Below, one piece after another: positions 51,783 through 64,000 of a stretch of DNA of 64,000 nt (positions within the stretch are counted from its first letter, which is position 1; each line of letters begins with the position of its first letter). The notes under the pieces are model-generated. The model had not been told where the DNA came from and ran no database searches. It saw only the letters and a list, made by a program, of their open reading frames with translations. The translations under genes were made by a program, and so were the position numbers. Source of the DNA: Eledone cirrhosa. Its lineage: Eukaryota. Where the stretch lies: contig OZ024742.1 in the NCBI GenBank assembly GCA_964016885.1, forward strand, positions 48,422,001 to 48,486,000. The letters are read 5' to 3'.

Positions 51783-54700
51783 GTTGCATTATCTTGCTTT
51801 ATGTTCATACGAGTTATCACCAAGTCGCAACCAGTGACCTCAGGAGACAACAAGGTCCGCCATGTTCAAGAAAGAACATACATACACACACATGCATCTT
51901 AAGGTGTTTAGACTTGTGATGTACTTATATTGACAGAATCTTCCTTAGTATATGGGCAGTTCCCATTAGTACTATCTTTTGTATTTCTCCTATACGCGGG
52001 TTTCCTGAGATTTGCGATAACTAATCATTAGACCCTTTAGGTATCATTCCTAGAGCGCCTACAACCACTGGAATTGTTTTAGTTCTCAATTTCCACATAC
52101 TTCCAATTTCTATCTCCAGCTCCTTATACTTGCTCAATTTTTCAAATGTTTTTATAGATACATTCTTGTCTATTGAAACGGACATATCAATTAGCAGGCA
52201 TACTCTCTTTTTAAAGTCCTTCAGTATCATATCAGGCCTATTTGCATATATTTTTCGTGCTGTTTGGATGCTAAAGTTCCACAAGATTGAGATGTGATCT
52301 TTTTCAAGTATAAGAGGTGGTTGATGCTCCCACCAATTCTTTTGATGGGGCAGGTCAAAATGCTTACACATTATCCAATGTATGTATTGTGCAGCTCTGT
52401 CATGCCTGTTTAGGTTGGAGCTATAGGACTGCAGATTGAAATGATATGATCAATGGTTTCCTGGTTGTTTTTTTACATACCCGGCATAATGGGTTGCATC
52501 CATTTTTTATTATGTTGGCTTGGTAATTTTTTGTTGGCAGACACTGATCTTGTGCTGATATAATCAGTCCTTCAGTCTCCGATTTCAGTCCAGAGGATGC
52601 CAACCACTGATGGGTTAAAGTTTTGTCAACATCAGGATTGTTAGCTCTTTCTGGGTATTTTCCATACAGAGGCTTTTCTTGCCATTTCTTAGCCAGTTTC
52701 TGTAGCAGTTCTTTCTTTGCAGTTACTTTTACCTGCTTTGCTTTTTCTGTGTTTTTCATTTCAGCAGTAAATGGAACTTCTGAAATGTGTAGTCAATTAC
52801 TGTATCTTTGTGCATCTTTTGTAATGGAGTATGATCTTTCGATGCTTTCGTTTTTCAAAACGAGTTTGATCATCCGATCATGTGATTCCCTTAGATATGT
52901 AGATAATCCAATTGTAGCAGTTTTCAACGCAATGTCTAACTGGATTAACCCACGTCCTTCTTCTTTCCTAGGGAGAGATATTATATCTGTATCTGCCTTA
53001 GGTGTGATGCATTGTTAACATTTTCTAATTTTTGTGTCGAGCCTACGGATCTCTGTGCTTGTCCAGTTGATGACATTGTAACTGTAGGTTACTACTGGTA
53101 TGGCAAGCGTGTTTATGGCATCTATCCTATTCCATGCATTCAATTCCCTTCTTAACATTGCTCTCACTCTGCGGTAACATTACTTCCTTATCCTTTCCCT
53201 CATTGTCCAGTGCTTTTAATGTCATCACTGAACTGCTTCACAGTGGATAATAGCCCTTGCAATTATTCATCATTTTTTGCAAATAGTTTCAGGTCATCCA
53301 TATAGAACAAGTGATTAATGGTTTTGTCATAGACTTTATATCCATGTTTTGTTTCATTGAGCATTTTACTTAATGGTATAAGTGCGATGCAGAATAAAAG
53401 CGGTGATAAAGTGTCACTCTGAAAAATTCCACAATTAATATTAACTTCTCCAGCTTCCAGTGATTTTTTTACAATATTCAAAAGGAGTGTCGTTTTCCAT
53501 GTCTTCATACAGAATGACAGTAACCTCCTGACAACGGGAGATATTTTGAAAATCTCTAAACATTTTTTAATGCAACTGTGTGGCAAACTATCGAATGCTT
53601 TTTTATAATCTATCCAAGCAATTGATAGATTTTTTTGTCTATTATGACAATCTTCCAGTATCATTTTGTTAACCAAAAGATGTTCTTTACAGCTATATGA
53701 GCCTTGTTTACACCCTTTCTGCTCATTGGGAAATATATGATTTGTTATCATGTGGTCATATGTATATTTAGTTAGGACTGATGTTAAAATATTATACATT
53801 GTGGTCAAGTAAGGTATCGGTCTGTAATTTTGGGGATTGTTTGTCTCATCATTCTTCGTTAGTAAGAATGTAATGCCATTAATTAGCCATGATGATATCT
53901 TTTCTGGCTCCTTAACTATTACATTGTAAAGTTGGGCTAATAGCTCATGGGACTCTGTGAAGGCATTTATCCAAAAATTTGGTATTTTGTCTTTACCTGG
54001 GGATTTCCATTTGCTGGTTTTTCTAAGAGCCAAACGCAACTGTTCAACTGTTATATTTTCCCATGTTTGTTCCTCAAGGTGTGCTGTACCTTTCATTTGT
54101 CTGTCTATCCAAGAGGCATGTATATTATGAACTTTTTCTTCGGCCCAGATCTTTTCCCAGAATTCTTCCACATCCAGTTTTTGTTGACTTGCCAATTTTT
54201 CTGTACAATTTCTTTGGTTGTTTTTGAACATATTATTGTCCTTATAGAATCTAGATCGTTTTTCAAAGCGCCTTATACGAGCAGCTTTGACCGACACTTT
54301 TTGCTTGATTATTTCTATCAGCATGTCTATGCCACTTGTTGATTTTATAATGTATTTTCTTTTCAATTTTCTAAGTTTAGTTTGTTTAACATGTTGACCT
54401 ACTTTGTAGTTTGTTAAAATTTCTATGTCAGATCGGAGAAGGTTTATTTGGCGATTGATGTTTTCTTACCAAGTAGATTTCTTGTGGGAATTCCTTTGTT
54501 TTTTTCATTTTCACTCCACATAAGTGGGTGGTGACTTTAGTCGATGCATAATATAGATGATTTAGATCAGTAATGTTTAGTTTGTTTATGATGATAATGT
54601 TTTTGAGAATTATGTTAGTCTTGTGTATTATCGTTTGGTTCTGTTTGGAGTTCTGGATCTTAGGAAGAGTGCCTCGTTCCCCCATGTCAGATTCTTTCAT

Positions 54701-55470
54701 TTTCATCCATTCGATCATAATTTCATCCTTCAAGTTGGCAAGTTCATTCTCATTCATTTCTTTATCATTTACGATCTCATTATTTTCATTTTGAGTTTCA
54801 TCTTGAGCATGAACTCCCTCCACTTTTTCGATCCTTTCTTTAATTTGTTCTGTTGTCAGTGATTCCGCCCCAACCCTGGGATTCGAAGTGTTACAATTTA
54901 CCTCGTTTTCACTGACACATGTTTCATTTCCCTTCGCTGACTTTGTGCTAATAGCTTGATCTGATCAATTTCTATATCAGTTAGTAACTTATTTTTAACA
55001 ATATTTCTTCGTGTATTGGCTAGTTTGTTACTGTCAATATAGCCTCTGTTTTCGGGATGTTTCTTTTTCCAGTTGATATATGTCTGTTCTGTATTCGATC
55101 TATTTGATGGGTAGTACATGGCAGTGTAGAAAGCCTCAAGGACTTCTTTATTGTCTTCCCTTGACCATTTGTCTCCCTTTTTCTTTGGATTTTTTGGTGG
55201 TGAGCATGGAGAGCCAACAGTGGGAGTATTCCGGTTATGGGAGGTCTCCAGCTCCGAAGTGATGGGAAGGTTTGAACCATTAGCTGATTTTTCGACCCCA
55301 GTTTGGTTCCTCTCTGACCCGGGTGACGGCCGATCCGGTATGAGATTTTACCATTTGACAATTACTTTATTTTGTCGCGTTTTATCCTTAACCACCAAGG
55401 GGAATCATTTCGTGTTACCTCTTCTATTCCCCGCGGGCCGCCATCCCGGTATTTCTTGATCACGGGTTTT
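51782..55470 (-). mobile_element. R4/Dong-clade non-LTR retrotransposon, near full length, decayed
   Basis: N-terminal KWTREDNKEV..NKLANTRR; RT WKSPGKDKI, NYRPI, AWIDYKKAFDS, GIFQSDTLSPLLF, HLFYMDDLKLF; CRVC knuckle; RLE ILWNFSIQT..NRPD, KLSKYKEL, IPVVVGALG; 3' end runs into (TAA)n. Confidence 0.9.
51927..55361 (-). pseudogene. Disrupted single ORF (RT + restriction-like endonuclease)
   Basis: ORF pieces 55020-55361, 54898-55119, 54428-54823, 53263-54366, 52421-52759, 52021-52371. Confidence 0.88.
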
Positions 55471-55969
55471 TTTTTTCTGTTGTCTTTTAAATTGTTATTA
55501 TCATCAGTGGTTCCTTAATGTGAGCATTGCGTGGATTAAGAATAAAATTGTTATTAATAATATGACATGCATTTTGTTGAAGTTGCCTGTTATTGTTGTT
55601 GGCTATGTCGGTGGTGGTGCTGGGGCTTTTTCTATTGTTGGTGGGGAAGGGGGGAGCCATCAGTGCCATAGTCGTTGACGTTTGACCGGGTCACTAAGTC
55701 AGTCTATATATATCTTTTGCTAGCCTCACCCTTGTCTAGTGATACCGCCACCTTCCCTTTTCTTAAGTTAACAGAAGGTAATGGGGGAATAGTGGTGGTA
55801 GCAATGAAGGAGTGGTGGCGGCGGTGATAGGATAGTGGTAGCAATGATGGAGTGGTGGCGGCGGTGACTATAGTGATGGCGTTGTCTTTACTGAGTTCGG
55901 TTGAATAGACTGAAGTAGTATGCGTTTGCGTTTGTTTGATCTGTATATTTATGCGGTTTGTCGCGTATA

Positions 55970-58900
55970 TTTAATATATGTATTGGCAACACAATAACAC
56001 CAACACCAACACCATCAATAACAACAGCAACAACAAAAATAACCGCGGTAAATTCGAGAACGACAATAACAAAAATAACAGCGGTAAGGTCGAGAACGAC
56101 AATAACAATGACAATAACAACAGCCACAACAACAATAATAGTAGGAACAGTATCAACAAAAACAACAATAATAACAACATCCACAATAACAGTAACAACA
56201 GCAACAGTATCAACAAAAACAACAACAACAACACCAAGAACACTACCAACGAAAACATCAACAATGACATCGATACCTGTAACAGCGATCTCAGCACTAC
56301 CAGTAAGACCAGTAGTGGCAGCAATAGTGGTGCTGCTGAAAAAGGGACCACTTCTTTTGCAGGTGTCGCCCTAAATATCGAGACAGTGTTAGTCACAGAG
56401 GAGATGGCAGTCGGAAGGGCCATGGTGATAAGAAGCGCTAATAGAGTCTCCCTGAAACCTCCACCCGATTTTTTCAAGGACCACCAGCTACAGACTTACC
56501 GCACTATAGGCAAAATCTCACATCGGGTGGAGAGAGCCACGGAGGCTCAAATCCAAAAGGCCTTGGGGTGCGTCTGGGCACGCAAAACCCACATCAACGG
56601 AAGTAGAAAGTACGCCACAGTAGACGTACTTTTCGCCATCCCCCAAGAAGCGAAGTCTCACTCTTTGGAAACCCTAAAGAGTGCGGAGATAGTCATGGTG
56701 CCCTGATACTGCGGGCAGTAAACTGTGAGGGTCAAAATGACCCAGGTCCCACCCGACGTGCCTATGCTTTGGCTGGCCGCGTCTGTCCTTGCTGGAATCG
56801 AGAACATTACGACCATGCTGAAAGTAGAGAAAATAGGGAGAGAGAATTGTTCAGGTATATGCTTATACAAACTGACCAGGAATGTATCGACGCTATCCCC
56901 GATATCATAGACATCGAGGAAGGACTCCAACTCCCTATAAGCGTAGAAGGAAGACGGCCAAAATCTCTGTGGGTCGAAGGGTTACCTCAGGGTTATTGCC
57001 CGCAGAAGTCCGCTGCTACCAAGAGCAGGGAAGGCAACAAACGCAAAAGCCCCTTCCACGGTGAGTAAGAGGGTAACGTCCGTTAGTACTCGTACCAAGG
57101 CCACGGACAACTAAAGCAGCAGCATCAGCGGCGGTAACACCATTAGCTACATTTGAAGTAGCTTAACCAGCAACAAAATTGCTGGAGAGGGCGCCACTAC
57201 CACCACCAACAGCCGTGGAGCACATACCCCTCCCAGACGCCACGGAATCCGATATGGAGTCTGAGGCGGGAGTGAAGTGGCAAATGGTCTGCCACAAAAA
57301 AATAGAAAATAAAAAAAACCCTTAGATTCACCCTCCAATAGCGAAGGCACACAAAGAGGGGTAAAGGCAGCAAAGAGAGTTGCAGCAACACCACCACCAT
57401 CACCATGACCACCACAAGTACCACCGCCAACAACAAAAACACCACCACCAGCAGCACCAAAAACACCAACAACGCAAACAAAACAAAACACACACACCAA
57501 ACAGCAACAAGAAGAAAACAGCAACAAAATCACCCCTCCCCCCCAAAAAAGTACACAGCCATAAACATGGCAAAAAAGAAAACTCATACAATATATAAAG
57601 CAGCACACAGATTTCACAGAAAAAAACTACTACACCCCACCAACACCAAGAACTCTCCCGACAAACATAAGCATCATTGAAATCTCAATAGAACAGTACA
57701 AACCTTTAAAACAAAAATTCCCCAACGGAGTTGGAGACTTCAGTGGGTCGGGTACCAAGAGGATATACTCTGACATCCTCTTGGAAAGACCCAAGACCAG
57801 CCAAAGGGGCGGTTCTACTGTCAAGGTAAGTGACTGTCAAGGTAAGGCGGTTCTACGATCAAGGTAAGTGACCCTTTCTCACTTGCTCTGCTTCTCATCC
57901 AACATGGCCGTACTCAGTATAGGCAGTATAATTGCACGTGGCCTGGGGTCATCTTGTAAGCAGAATCACCTGCTCAACGACCTCAGGTCACAAAACATAG
58001 ATGTGGTGGCCATCAGTGAGACCAGAATCTCCGAAACACAAGCCTTCGCACCGATCTTCGGCGGCTACGATGTATACGAATCTACCAGCTGTCCAGCATC
58101 TGGGTGAGGGTGTGCCGTCCTATTTCTGAGAGGCTTGGATCTCGACATACGGGCCATCTTCCTAGACGCAGAAGGTAAGTTGGTGGTGCTGGACGTGACC
58201 GGCAGCGAAGGTAATGCTTTCAGTCTAGTAGCTGTCTACGCCCCAACAGGGGCAAGGCGGCCAGATTTCTTCAGACGTCTAGAGACCTTTATTTAGTGTT
58301 AGTGGGCGACTGGAACGGTATCTTGGATGCACGCTGGGATTGTGTGGGGCAAGTTGATAGGGGAGGAGAGTGCAAGAGCCTCACCAACCTGGTCAGACGT
58401 TTTGAACTGTCTGACAGGTATCGACTTGATTATCCGAATGTGCCAATGTGGACATTGACAAACCGCATCGGCTCATCCAGATCGTATCTCGATAGGGTAT
58501 TCTGCAAAGAACTAGATAAGGCTAGTATAAGTTGCCCACAATTTAAAATAGTCGACTACACAGACCACACATTTGTGATCTGTGAGATCGACATAGACAA
58601 ACTTCATAGACAAGGACCCGGTTACTGGAAGCTGAACGCATCTTTCCCGGCACGCAAAGTCTACAGAGACGGGATTAGCATATTAGTTAAGCGGGCGTTG
58701 ACGGGAGCGGTCGTCAACAACAGGTGGTGGTTTGCCCTGAAAAGCGCAATTAAAGTAGAGACGATTAGGTTTAGCAAAGGAGTAGTGATAGAGGAAAATA
58801 GAGTAGAGGGAGAGCTAGTCAGAAAGATAGAAGAGGCGTTTAGGACAGGATCGCAACCGACGTGCTCTGGCGAGATTGGCACTCGACCAATTCTTCAACG

Positions 58901-61487
58901 CAAAACACGAAGGCTATGTTGTCAGAGCTAAAGCGGGTGCTCTGAAACACGAGGGGACAAAATACCTCCAATGGGCCTGGGTGGCAGAGGTTCGACGAGG
59001 CAACAAAGCCACAATTCGGTCTTTGTCTGACCAAAATGGGTGCGTGTTGCTCGAACCCGAGCAGATGTGTGAAGCTTTTCAGCAGCACTTTGCTGAACTG
59101 TTGGGGAGCAGCGGCGGGCCGGATCGGGGCATGGACTTCAGTGCATACCTCGACGGAGAGCCTCGGCTCATGACGGCCGCATCAAAGTGTTGCGAAAAGC
59201 CAATAACAACCGGGGAAATACGGGATTCGATGGCTAACTGCACGAGGGGTAAATCGCCCGGTTTGGATGGTCTGCCCTACGAGCTTTATACATTTATGCC
59301 AGACTTGTTCGGTGACCTCTTGGCAGACGTCTACTGCAACTGGGAGCAGAACGGGAGCATTCCCAGTTTTGTGAGCTGGGGAGCGGTGGCGCTGCTGAGA
59401 AAGAGCCGAACAAGGGGGATGTTATCGATAATTTCAGGCTCATAACCCTGCTAAACGCAGAGTTCAAGATTTGGCCAAGGTGTTAGCAACGAGTTTGGCG
59501 CTTGTCGTCAAGGGTCTGGTGGGACAGGCGCAGACATGCGACATTTCGGACAGATCCATACACGACAACCTCCACCTCATACGATACATCAAAGAGAGGG
59601 TGGTTAGGGAAGCTGGCACGGGTGGTGCCCTGATCAATCCAAAGCATTCGATAGTGTCAACCATCGGTACGTGGTGGCGGTTCTCGAAGCAGCCGGTTTC
59701 GGCCTCATTTTCAGGGGTTGGATCGCTGCGAAGTACAGCGACATCTGCTCAGTTGTGAGCGTGAACGGTCACCTGTCGCAGCCGTTCAGCATCATGTGCT
59801 CGGTCCGCCAGGGTTGTACACTCTCGTCCCTCTTGTACGTATTGCCGAGCACCAGACACGTCCAGATGCTCGGCACCGCTCTCAAGGATTACCAAGCGGT
59901 GACAGGAGCAAAGATAAACCAAGAAAAGTCGGTGAGCTTGCAGCTCGGCACCTGGAGAGGCAAGTCCATGCCGTCCGATAGCGTCGTGTGGCGTTGAACG
60001 GATGGACCGGTTAAATTGCTCGGGGTCTGGTTCGGACCGGACCTCCAGATGGAGAAAGATTTGAACGAGGTGACGAGCAAGGTGGCCTCCCTCACCCAGA
60101 AATGCGCCGAGAGGAAGCTGTTCCTGAAAGGCCGGGCGGAGGTGGCGAATGCGCACACCGCACCCGTCATCTGCTACCGCCTCACCGTCGTCCCTTGCCC
60201 CGGCCCAACTCTCACCAGAATAGAGCGCCTCCTCTTCCGCTTTTTGTGGAAGGGACGCGCTCCCATCGTCAGACGATCCATCTACTATCAACACCCGTTG
60301 CTGATGATGCGCAAACATGCGCTGAGGCTGCAACATCTATGGTGCTTCCTTGGCGGTGAACAGGTGTGGTCGCCGTTCGCCAGGCACGTTTTCCCACAGC
60401 TCGTCTCCTTGACGGAGCTACAGTCCTAGGTCACAAAAAGGCCGAGGGATAGTGATTGGAAACTGGAATGTTTCCAGGCGCTCACTGCCCTCTGCTAGCT
60501 GGGCACCAGTATCGGTGGACTATCCATCTCGTCGTTCTATAGAGGGCTAGTGGAGGGGAAGAGCGACGACGTTCTCGGAGAGATCCTGGGCGTCGAAGAA
60601 GAACAGCTGTTTGCTCTCTTCCGGGGAACTTTCAGCCCAGGGTCTATGGATAACTTCCAAACATCCCTGGCCTGGCAGTGCTACCGGGGAGTGCTGCCGG
60701 TTCGAGATAAGCAGTACAGGCACGGAAGTGCCGTCAGCAGTGCCTGTCCGAGATTCGCGCAGAGCGACGAAACCGTCGTGCACGCACTCGTTCAGTGCCC
60801 GAGTATTGCTGACTTGTGGAGCTATGTGTAAGACTGTGTAAGACTGATCCGGTTATCAACTGAGTCCATTGTGCAGATGGTCTCGCCGTCTTCCTTCGAT
60901 GAGGAAGGGCAGAGGGCTTTCATCTGCCTGGTGTCCATGGCGAAAGAGATTGTGTGGTGGACAAGGTTGAAAGGGTCAAAGACAGACACTTCTCTTCGGC
61001 GAATCTCTAATTAACTTTTTCAAGTTTCCTTTGAAGAGGAAAATCAGGGTGGAGTGGCAAGTGCTGCTTTCTAGCAAGTTTGTTGAAAGGTGCGTGAATG
61101 TAGCGAGAATAGTCGAATGAACGGGACCGCTCTGAATATACGTCTGTAGTTTGAGAAATGGAAAGATTTGAGAGAGGGCGCTTGTCAGGGTGGCCGTGGT
61201 CGTTTGTGTGGTTTTTGCCACGAGTAAGCCTCGGAGGTCTCCCCCCTATTGGGGAATTTTTCATTGTTTCAATTTTCATTTTTATTGTTTATATGTTTCT
61301 ATGTTTATATGTTTATATGTTTATATGTTTTTTTGTCTTTTTTTTCTTTTCTTTTATAAAAAATAAAAATCTGTACACGCACAAAACCCACATCGTTCCG
61401 TCCTGTACCGCCCTGTGCCGTCTCTAATGTTTTTTTTTTATGTCAGCCCTTGTGGCCAATAAAGAAATCATTATTATTATTATTATT
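55970..61487 (+). mobile_element. Tx1/L1-clade copy 3, decayed
   Basis: Asn-rich ORF1 (55978-56706 and following pieces), ORF2 from ATG 57904 to ~61149 with the YADD segment deleted near 59845, AATAAA and (ATT)n tail 61470-61487. Confidence 0.88.
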
Positions 61488-64000
61488 GAATGCTATGGTT
61501 GACGGAGGCACGGCCCTGTAAGGTATTGTAAATTTTGACCGCTATAACAATTGTAAATTGTTTAAAACTTTAACCAACTTGTAGACAAAAATACCCTCCT
61601 CCTCGTGAGAGGGGTCTTTCTGCCCGTTATTTGGCCCTTCGGGGTTAAATAACCGCTTATTGGGGTTTTGTGCCCAATATTTATTTTAAACCCCAAAAAA
61701 AACATGGCTACGAAAAATAATTTTCATAGGTCACTCCCACTCATTCCGTCTACTTCATCCTCAATCGTCACTACAGCAGAGAGAAGATTATCTCTCTCCC
61801 TCCCTTCTCTAAATGTGTCTCTCTCCCTCCCTTCTTCTTCGCAAGCGACACCAGAAAAAAAAAATCACGTGCAAAGCGTGCAAGATTTCTCCACGACGAC
61901 GACGAAAACGACGAAAAAGGTGTGCGGGAAATACGAAAACCCATTTCATTCGTCTGACGTCAAGAATAATAGCAGTAGCAGCCGTAATAACAGCAGCAGC
62001 AGCAACAGTGACAAGGAAAACAACAGTAGCAGCCACAACAGCATCAGCAGCAGCATAAACAACAACAGCAGCAGCAACAACAACCACAGCAACAGCGGTG
62101 GCGGCAGTAGTCGTAGTACCTGCAGCAACAACAAAAGTAACAGCAGCTCTGACGACAACAACAACAGCAACAACAGCAGCAAAGAAAAACCAATCTCATT
62201 TTCAGGTATCGCAAAGAACCTGGAAACCATCCTCATAACAAATGAGGAATTAGAGGAAGCGAAGAAGATGGTGACGAAAATCGGACACCGAGCAATCTGC
62301 AAGGCAGCCGAAACATTTTTTCGAAACCCAACAGCACTGTACGGTCACGTACCGTACAATAAGCACAACATCCCGTAGGGTTGAAAGAGCCACAGAGGCT
62401 CAAAAACAAAAAAGCCTTAGGGTCTGTGTGGCATCGGAAAACGCACATCACCCGAGGCAAGAAATATGCCACCGTAGACGTGCTTTTTGCAACACCCCAG
62501 GAGGCAAAGGCTCAATCCTTAGTGACACTAACGAGCGAGGAAATGGTGTTGGTGCCCTCCTACTGCGGCCTTCTGCAACGAGAACACCCTGAGAAAGGAG
62601 AAAACCCCCCTCCTTCCGAAACCGGCTCCACGGCTACCAGCAACAGGACAAGCGGCAACCAGGAACGATAGGTTCGTGGCACCCATACCCACGCCACGGA
62701 AATCAAAAACAGCGGCAGCAGTGGAAGTATTAACAACAAAAACAGCAATACCAAATGCAGCTGCAACAAAGACTCCAGTGCAAACATCACCAACAACAAG
62801 TGAAAGAGTGGAGCTGGTACCCCTCCCCGACCTCACAGAATCAGACATGGAGTGTTAGGTGGGAGAGGGATGGCAAAAGGTCGTAAGAAAGCACAAACGC
62901 AGAAGCAGCGCATCGTCGCCTTCGAAAAGGGAGGAGAGAAATTAAAAAAGGGTAAAGGCTACTGCAAAGAGACTCACAGCAGCAACAACACCAACACCAT
63001 CACCACCCACACTAGCACCACCATCACCACCGGCGACAACCCTACCGCCAACAACAACAACAACAACTTCAACACCACCACCACAAGCACCAACATCGCA
63101 AACACAACAACAAAACACACACACCCAGCAACAACGACAAGAAAATAGCAGAACCACACCCCACCCCCAGAAAAATAAATGCACGGCAATAAATACACAC
63201 AACAAGAAACTAATGACTTACATAATTGAACACACAGACATTTCACAACACGACTACATAATACCAGCACCAATCAAAACGCCAACTAACATAAGACTGC
63301 TAAAAATAGCACAGAAACAATACACAAACATTAAAACGAAATTCCCCAACGCAGTTGGTGATTTCAGAGACCTAGGAGGGACATTCAACCGAAGAGTATA
63401 TTCGGACACACTCATAGAAGAGCCGACGACCAGCCGAAGGGACGATTCAACGGTCCCTTCACCAGACGATCAAGTGAAAAGGGATGGAAAAACCATCCTT
63501 CCTCTACGAAAAGTAAGGTAAGTGGTCTTTGCCATCTTTTCCGCTCTATTTTAAACATGACCTCACTCAGAATAGGCAGCATAAATGCGCGTGGCTTGGG
63601 GTCGTCAGGGAAGCAGGGTCACCTGCTGAACGACCTCAGGTCACTAAACATAGATGTAGTGGCCATCAGCGAGACCAGAATCTCCGAAGCACGGGCCTTC
63701 GCACCGATCTTCGGCGGCTACGATGTGTACGCAGCTCTCAGCCGTCCAGGATCGGGGGGAGGATTTGTTTTGCTTTTTCGGAGAGGTTTGGATCTCGCCA
63801 TACGGGCCATCTTCCTGGACCCAGAGCGTAAGTTGATGGTGCTGGACGTGACCAGCGGAGACGGGCAAGCTTTCAGGCTAGTGGCCGTCTATGACCCGAC
63901 AGGAGCAGGGCGGCCTGATTTCTTCTGACGTCTGGAGACCTTTCTTGGAACGTCCTGCTCTTTAGTGTTAGTGGTCGACTGAAACGGGATCTTAGATGCA
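61488..64000 (+). mobile_element. Tx1/L1-clade copy 4, 5' part, runs off the window
   Basis: Starts directly after the copy 3 tail; Ser/Asn-rich ORF1 with an internal deletion near 62570; ORF2 from 63557 (MTSLRIGSINARGLG..FRLVAVY). Confidence 0.88.

Overview
Repeat-dominated animal genomic DNA, most likely octopus/cephalopod (inferred from a recurrent tRNA-derived SINE family and dense (TA)n/(CA)n/(GA)n tracts). No intact host gene can be supported. The window holds decayed retroelements: Penelope-like elements (RT + GIY-YIG; 505-3108 as an inverted pair, remnants near 30.2, 42.3 and 44.2 kb), a CR1-type LINE 3' end, an RTE endonuclease remnant, four Tx1/L1-clade two-ORF LINEs and several R4/Dong-type RT-RLE elements, the last two stacked at (ATT)n/(TAA)n tracts. 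The main signal is non-coding: about ten minimal type I hammerhead ribozyme motifs. Three lie in a 310-bp tandem array (4097-4912) whose monomer folds into a closed, G-U-rich structure, as expected of a retrozyme producing circular RNA. The Tx1-like copies share a hairpin-AGGTAAGT-pyrimidine-ATG module at the ORF1/ORF2 junction and show apparent ORF1 swapping there. All calls are by eye; TE boundaries are approximate.
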